Source of the DNA: Eledone cirrhosa
Lineage: Eukaryota
Direction of reading: 5' to 3'
Assembly: GCA_964016885.1 (NCBI GenBank)
Contig: OZ024743.1
Coordinates: 186,310,001-186,374,000 of the forward strand
Length of the DNA stretch: 64,000 bases
The translations under genes and the position numbers were made by a program. Under the pieces are notes generated by a model. It was not told where the DNA came from. It did no database searches and saw nothing but the letters and a program-made list of their open reading frames with translations. Of the stretch, positions 44,060 through 56,750 are shown piece after piece; positions within the stretch are counted from its first letter, which is position 1, and the number at the start of each line of letters is the position of its first letter.

Positions 44060-47000
44060 AGGTCTGCTCTAACTACTATATCTATAACATAGTATAACAG
44101 TAATAATTGATGGTAGTGTTTCACTCCTATGTCAGCTCTAACTACTATATCTATAAAATAGTATAACAGTAATAATTGATGGTAGTGTTTCACTCCTAGG
44201 TCAGCTCTAACTACTATATCTATAACATAGTATAATAGTAATAATTGATGGTAGTGTTTCACTATTGGTCAGCTCTGACTACTATATCTATAACATAGTA
44301 TAACAGTAATAATTGATGGTAGTGTTTCACTCCTAAGTCAGCTCTGACCACTATATCTACAACATAGTATGACAGTAATAATTAATGGTAGTGTTTCACT
44401 CCTAAGTCAGCTCTAACTACTCTATCTATAACATAGTATAACAGTAATAATTGATGGTAGTGTTTCATTCCTAAGTCAGCTCTAACTACTATATCTATAA
44501 CATAGTATAACAGTAATAATTGATGATAGTGTTTCACTCCTAAGTCAGCTCTGACTACTATATCTATAACGTAGTATAACAGTAATAATTGATGGTAGTG
44601 TTTCACTCCTAGGTCAGCTCTAACTACTATATCTATAACATAGTATAACAGTAATAATTGATGGTAGTGTTTCACTCCTAGGTCAGCTCTGACTACTATA
44701 TCTATAACATAGTATAACAGTAATTATTGATGGTAGTGTTTTACCCCTAAGTCAGCTCTGACTACTATATCTATAACATAGTTTAACAGTAATAATTGAT
44801 GGAAGTGTTTTACTACTAAGTCAGCACTAACTACTTTATCTATAACATGGTATAACAGCAATAATTAAATTTAGTGTTTCACTCCTAAATCAGCTCTGAC
44901 TACTATATCTATAACATAGTATAATAGTAATAATTGATGGTAGTGTTTCACTATTGGTCAGCTCTGACTACTATATCTATAACATAGTATAACAGTAATA
45001 ATTGATGGTAGTGTTTCACTTCTAGGTCAGCTCTGACTACTATATCTATAACATAGTATAACAGTAATAATTGATGGTAGTGTTTCACTTCTAGGTCAGC
45101 TCTGACTACTATATCTATAACATAGTATAACAGTAATAATTGATGGTAGTGTTTCACTCCTAGGTCTGCTGTAACTACTATATCTATAACATAGTATAAC
45201 AGTAATAATTGATGTTAGTGTCTCACTCCTAAGTCAGCTCTAACTACTATATCTATAACACAGTATAACAGTAATAATTGATTGTAGTATTTCACTCTTA
45301 GGTCAGCTCTAACTACTATATCTATAACATAGTATAACAGTAATAATTGATGGTACTGTTTCACTCCTAAGTCAGCTCTAACTACCATATCTATAACATA
45401 GTATAACAGTAATAATTGATGGTAGTGTTTAACTCCTAAGTCAGCTCTGACTACTATATCTATAACATAGTATAACAGTAATAATTGATGGTACTGTTTC
45501 ACTCCTAAGTCAGCTCTAACTACTATATCTATAACATAGTTTAACAGTAATAATTGATGGTAGTGTTTAACTCCTAAGTCAGCTCTGACTACTATATCTA
45601 TAACATAGTATAACAGTAATAATTGATGGTAGTTTTTCACTCCTAAGTCAGCTCTAACTACTATATCTATAAAATAGTATAAAAGTAATAATTGATGGTA
45701 GTGTTTCACTCCTAGGTCAGCTCTGACTACTATATCTATAACATAGTATAACAGTAATAATCGATGGTAGTGTTTCACTCCTAGGTCAGCTCTGACTACT
45801 ATATCTATAACATAGTATAACAGGAATAATTGATGGTTGTTTTTCCCTCCTGAGTCAGCTCTAACTACTATATCTATAACATAGTATAACAGTAATAACT
45901 GATGGTAGTGTTACACTCCTAAGTCAGCTCTGACTACTATATCTATAACATAGTATAACAGTAATAATTAATGGTAGTGTTTCACTCCTAAGTCAGCTCT
46001 GACTACTATATCTATAACATAGTATAACAGTAATAATTAATGGTAGTGTTTCACTCCTAAGTCAGCTCTGACTACTATATCTATAACATAGTATAACAGT
46101 AATAATTAATGTAAGTGTTTCACTCCTAAGTCAGCTCTAACTACTATATCTATAACATAGTATAACAGTAATAATTGATGGTAGTGCTTCACTCCTAAGT
46201 CAGCTCTAACTACTATATCTATAACATAGTATAACAGTAATAATTGATGGTAGTGTTTCACTCCTAAGTCAGCTCTGACTACTATATCTATAACATAGCA
46301 TAACAGTAATAATTGATGGTAGTGTTTCACTCATAAGTCAGCTCTAACTAGTATATCTATAACATAGTATAACAGTAATAATTGATGGAAGTGTTTCACT
46401 CCTAAGTCAGCTCTAACTACAATATCTATAACATAGTATAACAGTAATAATTGATGTTAGTGTTTCACTCCTAGGTCAGCTCTAACTACTATATCTATAA
46501 CATAGTATAACAGTAATAATTGATGGTAGTGTTTCACTCCTATGTCAGCTCTAACTACTATATCCGTAACATAGTATAACAGTAATAAATGATGGTAGTG
46601 TTTCACTCCTAGGTCAGCTCTAACTACTATATCTATAACATAGTATAATAGTAATAATTGATGGTAGTGTTTCACTATTGGTCACCTCTGACTACTATAT
46701 CTATAACATAGTATAACAGTAATAATTGATGGTAGTGTTTCACTCCTAAGTCAGCTCTGACTACTATATCTATAACATAGTATAACAGTAATAATTAATG
46801 GTAGTGTTTCACTCCTAAGTCAGCTCTAACTACTATATCTATAACATAGTATAACAGTAATAATTGATGGTAGTGTTTCATTCCTAAGTCAGCTCTAACT
46901 ACTATATCTATAACATAGTATAACAGTAATAATTGATGATAGTGTTTCACTCCTAAGTCAGCTCTGACTACTATATCTATAACGTAGTATAACAGTAATA

Positions 47001-49860
47001 ATTGACGGTAGTGTTTCACACCTAGGTCAGCTCTAACTACTATATCTATAACATAGTATAAGAGTAATAATTGATGGTAGTGTTCCACTCCTAGGTCAGC
47101 TCTGACTACTATATCTATAACATAGTATAACAGTAATTATTGATGGTAGTGTTTTACTCCTAAGTCAGCTCTAACTACTATATCTATAACATAGTTTAAC
47201 AGTAATAATTGATGGAAGTGTTTTACTACTAAGTCAGCACTAACTACTTTATCTATAACATAGTATAACAGTAATAATTAAATTTAGTGTTTCACTCCTA
47301 AATCAGCTCTGACTACTAAATCTATAACATTGTATAACAGTAATAATTGATGGTAGTGTTTCACTTCTAGGTCAGCTCTGACTACTATATCTATAACATA
47401 GTATAACAGTAATAATTGATGGTAGTGTTTCACTTCTAGGTCAGCTCTGACTACTATATCTATAACATAGTATAACAGTAATAATTGATGGTAGTGTTTC
47501 ACTCCTAGGTCTGCTCTAACTACTATATCTATAACATAGTATAACAGTTATAATTGATGTTAGTGTCTCACTCCTAAGTCAGCTCTAACTACTATATCTA
47601 TAACACAGTATAACAGTAATAATTGATGGTAGTATTTCACTCTTAGGTCAGCTCTAACTACTATATCTATAACATAGTATAACAGTAATAATTGATGGTA
47701 CTGTTTCACTTCTAAATCAGCTCTAACTACCATATCTATAACATAGTATAACAGTAATAATTGATGGTAGTGTTTCACTCCTAGGTCTGCTCTAACTACT
47801 ATATCTATAACATAGTATAACAGTAATAATTGATGGTAGTGTTTCACTCCTATGTCAGCTCTAACTACTATATCTATAACATAGTATAACAGTAATAATT
47901 GATGGTAGTGTTTCACTCCTAGGTCAGCTCTAACTACTATATCTATAACATAGTATAATAGTAATAATTGATGGTAGTGTTTCACTATTGGTCAGCTCTG
48001 ACTACTATATCTATAACATAGTATAACAGTAATAATTGATGGTAGTGTTTCACTCCTAAGTCAGCTCTGACCACTATATCTATAACATAGTATAACAGTA
48101 ATAATTAATGGTAGTGTTTCACTCCTAAGTCAGCTCTAACTACTCTATCTATAACATAGTATAACAGTAATAATTGATGGTAGTGTTTCATTCCTAAGTC
48201 AGCTCTAACTACTATATCTATAACATAGTATAACAGTAATAATTGATGATAGTGTTTCACTCCTAAGTCAGCTCTCACTACTATATCTATAACGTAGTAT
48301 AACAGTAATAATTGATGGTAGTGTTTCACTCCTAGGTCAGCTCTAACTACTATATCTATAACATAGTATAAGAGTAATAATTGATGGTAGTGTTTCACTC
48401 CTAGGTCAGCTCTGACTACTATATCTATAACATAGTATAACAGTAATTATTGATGGTAGTGTTTTACTCCTAAGTCAGCTCTAACTACTATATCTATAAC
48501 ATAGTTTAACAGTAATAATTGATGGAAGTGTTTTACTACTAAGTCAGCACTAACTACTTTATCTATAACATAGTATAACAGCAATAATTAAATTTAGTGT
48601 TTCACTCCTAAATCAGCTCTGACTACTATATCTATAACATAGTATAACAGTAATAATTGATGGTAGTGTTTCACTATTGGTCAGCTCTGACTACTATATC
48701 TATAACATAGTATAACAGTAATAATTGATGGTAGTGTTTCACTTCTAGGTCAGCTCTGACTACTATATCTATAACATAGTATAACAGTAATAATTGATGG
48801 TAGTGTTTCACTTCTAGGTCAGCTCTGACTACTATATCTATAACATAGTATAACAGTAATAATTGATGGTAGTGTTTCACTCCTAGGTCTGCTCTAACTA
48901 CTATATCTATAACATAGTATAACAGTAATAATTGATGTTAGTGTCTCACTCCTAAGTCAGCTCTAACTACTATATCTATAACACAGTATAACAGTAATAA
49001 TTGATGGTAGTATTTCACTCTTAGGTCAGCTCTAACTACTATATCTATAACATAGTATAACAGTAATAATTGATGGTACTGTTTCACTCCTAAGTCAGCT
49101 CTAACTACCATATCTATAACATAGTATAACAGTAATAATTGATGGTAGTGTTTAACTCCTAAGTCAGCTCTGACTACTATATCTATAACATAGTATAACA
49201 GTAATAATTGATGGTACTGTTTCACTCCTAAGTCAGCTCTAACTACTATATCTATAACATAGTTTAACAGTAATAATTGATGGTAGTGTTTAACTCCTAA
49301 GTCAGCTCTGACTACTATATCTATAACATAGTATAACAGTAATAATTGATGGTAGTTTTTCACTCCTAAGTCAGCTCTAACTACTATATCTATAAAATAG
49401 TATAAAAGTAATAATTGATGGTAGTGTTTCACTCCTAGGTCAGCTCTGACTACTATATCTATAACATAGTATAACAGTAATAATCGATGGTAGTGTTTCA
49501 CTCCTAGGTCAGCTCTGACTACTATATCTATAACATAGTATAACAGGAATAATTGATGGTAGTTTATCCCTCCTGAGTCAGCTCTAACTACTATATCTAT
49601 AACATAGTATAACAGTAATAACTGATGGTAGTGTTACACTCCTAAGTCAGCTCTGACTACTATATCTATAACATAGTATAACAGTAATAATTAATGGTAG
49701 TGTTTCACTCCTAAGTCAGCTCTGACTACTATATCTATAACATAGTATAACAGTAATAATTAATGGTAGTGTTTCACTCCTAAGTCAGCTCTGACTACTA
49801 TATCTATAACATAGTATAACAGTAATAATTAATGTAAGTGTTTCACTCCTAAGTCAGCTC
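44060..49860. repeat. Duplicated block ~44.1-46.1 kb and ~47.8-49.9 kb, offset 3723 bp (54 monomers minus 3), with a third partial copy between them
   Basis: ORF pairs 44382/48105, 44951/48674 and 45215/48938. Markers CCTATG 44126/47849 and AATGTAAG 46108/49831. An intermediate copy lies at +2413 (44382/46795; TAAATTTAG 44866/47279). Confidence 0.9.
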
Positions 49861-52189
49861 TGACTACTATATCTATAACATAGTATAACAGTAATAATTG
49901 ATGGTAGTGTTTCACTTCTAGGTCAGCTCTGACTACTATATCTATAACATAGTATAACAGTAATAATTGATGGTAGTGTTTCACTCCTAGGTCTGCTCTA
50001 ACTACTATATCTATAACATAGTATAACAGTAATAATTGATGTTAGTGTTTCACTCCCAAGTCAGCTCTAACTACTATATCTATAACACAGTATAACAGTA
50101 ATAATTGATGGTAGTATTTCACTCTTAGGTCAGCTCTAACTACTATACCTATAACATAGTATAACAGTAATAATTGATGGTAGTGTTTCACTCCTAAGTC
50201 AGCTCTAACTACTATATCTATAACATAGTATAACAGTAATAATTGATGGTAGTGTTTCACTCCTAAGTCAGCTCTAACTACTATATCTATAAAATAGTAT
50301 AAAAGTAATAATTGATGGTAATGTTTCACTCCTAAGTCAGTTCTAACTACTATATCTATAACATAGTATAACAGTAATAATTGATGATAGTGTTTCAGTC
50401 CTAAGTCAGCTCTAACTACTATATCTATAACATAGTATAACAGTAATAATTGATGGTAGTTTTTCCCTCCTGAGTCAGCTCTAACTACTATATCTATAAC
50501 ATAGTATAACAGTAATAACTGATGGTAGTGTTACACTCCTAAGTCAGCTCTGACTACTATATCTATAACATAGTGTAACAGTAATGATTAATGGTAGTGT
50601 TTCACTCCTAAGTCAGCTCTAACTACTATATCTATAACATAGTATAACAGTAATAATTGATGGTAGTGTTTCACTCCTAGGTCAGCTCTAACTACTATAT
50701 CTATGACATAGTATAACAGTAATGATTAATGGTAGTGTTTCACTCCTAAGTCAGCTCTAACTACTATATCTATAACATAGTATAACAGTAATAATTGATA
50801 GCAGTGTTTCACTCCTAAATCAGCTCTGACTACTATATCTATAACATAGTATAACAGTAATAATTGATGGTAGTGTTTCACTCCTAAGTCAGCTCTAACT
50901 ACTATATCTATAACATAGTATAACAGTAATAATTGATGGTAGTGTTTCACTCCTAAATCAGCTCTGACTACTATATCTATAACATAGTATAACAGTAATA
51001 ATTAATGGTAGTGTTTCACTCCTAGGTCAGCTCTGACTACTATATCTATAACATAGTATAACAGTAATAATTGATGGTAGTGTTTCACTCCTAGATCAGC
51101 ACTAACTAGTATATCTATAACATAGTATAACAGTAATAATTGATGGTAGTGTTTCACTCCTAAGTCAGCTCTATCTCCTATATCTATAACATAGTATAAC
51201 AGTAATAATTGATGGTAGTGTTTCACTCCTAAGTCAGGTCTAACTACAATATCTATAACATAGTATAAAAGTAATAATTGATGGAAGTGTTTCACTCCTA
51301 AGTCAGCTCTAACTACAATATCTATAACATAGTATAACAGTAATAATTGATGGTAGTGTTTCACTCCTAGGTCAGCTCTAACTACTATATCTATAACATA
51401 GTATAACAGAAATAAATGATGGTACTGTTTCACTCCTAAGTCAGCTCTAACTACAATATCTATAACATAGTATAACAGTAATAATTGATGGTAGTGTTTC
51501 ACTCCTAGGTCTGCTCTAACTACTATATCTATAACATAGTATAACAGTAATAATTGATGGTAGTGTTTCACTCCAAAGTCAGCTCTAACTACTATATCTA
51601 TAACATAGTATAACAGTAATAATTGATGGTAATTTTTAAATCCTAGGTCAGCTCTATCTACTATATCTATAACATAGTATAACAGTAAAAATTGATGGTA
51701 GTGCTTCACTCCTAGGTCAGCTCTGACTACTATATCTATAACACAGTATAACAGTAATAATTGATGGTAGTGTTTCACTCCTAGGTCAGCTCTGATTACT
51801 AAATCTATAACATAGTATAACAGTAATAATTGATGGTAGTGTTTCACTCCTAGGTCTGCTCTAACTACTATATCTATAACATAGTATAACAGTAATAATT
51901 GATGGTAGTGTTTCACTCCAAAGTCAGCTCTAACTACTATATCTATAACATAGTATAACAGTAATAATTGATGGTAGTGTTTCAATCCTAGGTCAGCTGT
52001 AACTACTATATCTATAACATAGTATAACAGTAAAAAATGATGGTAGTGCTTCACTCCTAGGTCAGCTCTGACTACTATATCTATAACACAGTATAACAGT
52101 AATAATTGATGGTAGTGTTTCACTCCTAGGTCAGCTCTGATTACTAAATCTATAACATAGTTTAACAGTAATAATTGATGGTAGTGTTT

Positions 52190-54710
52190 CACCCCTAGGT
52201 CTGCTCTAACTACTATATCTATAACATAATATAACAGTAATAACTGTTGGTAGTGTTTCATTTCTAAGTCAGCTGTAACTACTATATCTATAACATAGTA
52301 TAACAGCAATAATTGATGGTAGTGTTTCACTGCTGAGTCCGCTCTAACTACAATATCTATAACATAGTATAACAGTAATAATTGATGGAAATGTTTCACT
52401 CCTAAGTCAGCTCTAACTACTATATCTATAACATAGTAAAAAAGTAATAATTGATGGTAGTGTTTCACTCCTAGTTCTGCTCTAACTACTATATCTATAA
52501 CATATTATAACAGTAATAACTGATGGTAGTGTTTCACTTCTAAGTCAGCTGTAACTACTATATCTATAACATAGTATAACAGGAATAATTGATGGTAGTG
52601 TTTCACTCCTGAGTCAGCTCTAACTACTATATCTATAACATAGTATAACAGTAATAACTGATGGTAGTGTTACACTCATAAGTCAGCTCTGACTACTATA
52701 TCTATAACATAGTATAACAGTAATAATTGATGGTAGTGTTTCACACCTAACTCAGCTCTAACTAATATATCTATAACATAGTATAACAGTAATAATTAAT
52801 GGTAGTGTTTCACTCCTAGATCAGCACTAACTACTATATCTATAACATAGTATTACAGTAATAATTGATGGAAGTGTTTCACTCCTAAGTCAGCTCTAAC
52901 TACAATATCTATAACATAGTATAACAGTAATAATTGATGTTAGTGTTTCACTCCTAGGTCAGCTCTAACTACTATATCTATAACATAATATAACAGTAAT
53001 AATTGATGGTAGTGTTTCACTCCTAAGTCAGCTCTAACTACTATATCTATAACATAGTATAACAGTAATAACTGATGGTAGTGTTTCACTCCTAAGTCAG
53101 CTCTGACTACTATATCTATAACATAGTATAACAGTAATAATTGATGGTAGTTTTTCACTCCTAAGTCAGCTCTAACTACTATATCTATAACATAGTATAA
53201 CAGTAATAACTGATGGTTGTGTTTCACTCCTAGGTCAGCTCTGACTACTATATCTACAACATAGTATAACAGTAATAATTGATGGTAGTCTTTCACTCCT
53301 AGGTCAGATCTGACTACTATATCTATAACATAGTATAACAGTAATAATATGGAAGTGTTTCACTCCTAAGTCAGCTCTAACTCTTATATCTATAACATAG
53401 TAAAAAAGTAATAATTGATGGTAGTGTTTCACTCCTAAGTCAGCACTAACTACTATATATATAACATAGTATAACAGAAATAATTGATGGTACTGTTTCA
53501 CTCCTAAGTCAGCTCTAACTACAATATCTATAACATAGTATAACAGTAATAATTGATGGTAGTGTTTCACTCCTATGTCAGCTCTAACTACTATATCTAT
53601 AACATAGTATAACAGAAATAATTGATGGTACTGTTTCACTCCTAAGTCAGCTCTAACTACAATATCTATAACATAGTATAACAGTAATAATTGATGGTAG
53701 TGTTTCACTCCTAGGTCTGCTCTAACTACTATATCTATAACATAGTATAACAGTAATAATTGATGGTAGTGTTTCACTCGAAAGTCAGCTCTAACTACTA
53801 TATCTATAACATAGTATAACAGTAATAATTGATGGTAGTGCTTCACTCCTTGGTCAGCCCTGACTACTATATCTATAACACAGTATAACAGTAATAATTG
53901 ATGGTAGTGTTTCACCCCTAGGTCTGCTCTAACTACTATATCTATAACATAATATAACAGTAATAACTGTTGGTAGTGTTTCACTTCTAAGTCAGCTGTA
54001 ACTACTATATCTATAACATAGTATAACAGCAATAATTGATGGTAGTGTTTCACTCCTGAGTCCGCTCTAACTACAATATCTATAACATAGTATAACAGTA
54101 ATAATTGATGGAAATGTTTCACTCCTAAGTCAGCTCTAACTACTATATCTATAACATAGTAAAAAAGTAATAATTGATGGTAGTGTTTCACTCCTAGTTC
54201 TGCTCTAACTACTATATCTATAACATATTATAACAGTAATAACTGATGGTAGTGTTTCACTTCTAAGTCAGCTGTAACTACTATATCTATAACATAGTAT
54301 AACAGGAATAATTGATGGAAGTGTTCCACTCCTGAGTCAGCTCTAACTACTATATCTATAACATAGTATAATAGTAATAACTGATGGTAGTGTTACACTC
54401 ATAAGTCAGCTCTGACTACTATATCTATAACATAGTATAACAGTAATAATTAATGGTAGCGTTTCACTCCTAAGTCAGCTCTGACTACTATATCTATAAC
54501 ATAGTATAACAGTAATAATTGATGGTAGTGTTTCACTCCTAGATCAGCACTAACTACTATATCTATAACATAGTATAACAGTAATAATTGATGGAAGTGT
54601 TTCACTCCTAAGTCAGCTCTAACTACAATATCTATAACATAGTATAACAGTAATAATTGATGTTAGTGTTTCACTCCTAGGTCAGCTCTAACTACTATAT
54701 CTATAACATA
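52190..54710. repeat. Duplicated block, offset 1723 bp (25 monomers minus 2)
   Basis: TCCGCTCT at 52338/54061. ORF boundaries 52468/54191 and 52940/54663. A 2-bp deletion at ~53348 accounts for the -2. Confidence 0.85.
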
Positions 54711-55679
54711 GTATAACAGAAATAATTGATGGCACTGTTTCACTCCTAAGTCAGCTCTAACTACAATATCTATAACATAGTATAACAGTAATAATTGATG
54801 GTAGTGTTTCACTCCTAAGTCAGCTCTAACTACAATATCTATAACATAGTATAACAGTAATAATTGATGGAAGTGTTTCACTCCTAAGTCAGCTCTAACT
54901 ACAATATCTATAACATAGTATAACAGTAATAATTGATGGTAGTGTTTCACTCCTAGGTCAGCTCTAACTACTATATCTATAACATAGTATAACAGTAATA
55001 ATTGATGGAAGTGTTTCACTCCTAAGTCAGCTCTAACTACAATATCTATAACATGGTATAACAGTAATAATTGATGGTAGTGTTTCACTCCTAGGTCTGC
55101 TCTAACTACTATAACTATAACATAGTATAACAGTAATAATTGATGGTAGTGTTTCACTCCAAAGTCAGCTCTAACTACTATATCTATAACATAGTATAAC
55201 AGTAATAATTGATGGTAGTGTTTCAATCCTAGGTCAGCTCTAACTACTATATCTATAACATAGTATAACAGTAAAAATTGATGGTAGTGCTTCACTCCTA
55301 GGTCAGCTCTGACTACTATATCTATAACACAGTATAACAGTAGTAATTGATGGTAGTGTTTCACTCCTAAGTCAGCTCTGATTACTATATCTATAACATA
55401 GTTTAACAGTAATAATTGATGGTAGTGTTTCACCCCTAGGTCTGCTCTAACTACTATATCTATAACATAATATAACAGTAATAATCGATGGTAGTGTTTC
55501 ACTACTAAGTCAGCTGTAACTACTATACCTATAACATAGTATAACAGTAATAACTGATGGTAGTGTTACACTCATAAGTCAGATCTGACTACTATATCTA
55601 TAACATAGTATAACAGTAATAACTGATGGTAGTGTTTCACTCCTAAGTCAGCTCTGATTACTATATCTATAACATAGTA

Positions 55680-56750
55680 TAACAGTAATAATTAATGGTA
55701 GCGTTTCACTCCTAAATCAGCTCTAACTACTATATCTGTAACATAGTATAACAGTAATAATTGATGGTAGTGTTTCACTCCTTAGTCAGTTCTAACTTCT
55801 ATATCTATAACATAGTATAACAGTAATAATTGATGGTAGTGTTTCACTCCTAAGTCAGCTCTGACTACTATATCTATAACATAGTATAACAGTAATAATT
55901 GATGGAAGTGTTTCACTAATAAGTCAGCTCTAACTACTATATCTATAACATAGTATAACAGTAATAATTGATGGTAGTATTTCACTCCTAAGTCAGCTCT
56001 AACTACCATATCTATAACATAGTATAACAGTAATAATTGATGGTAGTATTTCACTTCTAGGTCAGCTCTTACTACTATATCTATAACATAGTATAACAGT
56101 AATAATTGATGGTAGTGTTTCACTCCTAAGTCAGCTCTAACTACTATATCTATAACATAGTATAACAGTAATAATTGATGGTAGTATTTCACTCCTAAGT
56201 CAGCTCTAACTACTATATCTATAACATAGTATAACAGTAATAATTGATGGTAGTATTTCACTTCTAGGTCAGCTCTTACTACTATATCTATAACATAGTA
56301 TAACAGTAATAATTAATGGTAGCGTTTCACTCCTAAATCAGCTCTAACTACTATATCTGTAACATAGTATAACAGTAATAATTGATGGTAGTGTTTCACT
56401 CCTTAGTCAGTTCTAACTTCTATATCTATAACATAGTATAACAGTAATAATTGATGGTAGTGTTTCACTCCTAAGTCAGCTCTGACTACTATATCTATAA
56501 CATAGTATAACAGTAATAATTGATGGAAGTGTTTCACTAATAAGTCAGCTCTAACTACTATATCTATAACATAGTATAACTGTAATAATTGATGGTAGTA
56601 TTTCACTCCTAAGTCAGCTCTAACTACTATAACTATAACATTGTATAACAGTAATAATTGATGGTAGTATTTCACTTCTAGATCAGCTCTTACTACTATA
56701 TCTATAACATAGTATAACAGTAATAATTGATGGTAGTGTTTCACTCCTAA
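55680..56750. repeat. Short duplication, offset 621 bp (9 monomers)
   Basis: CTTAGTCAGTTCTAACTTC at 55781/56402. TATCTGTAAC and CACTAATAAG variants recur in the same order. Confidence 0.85.
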
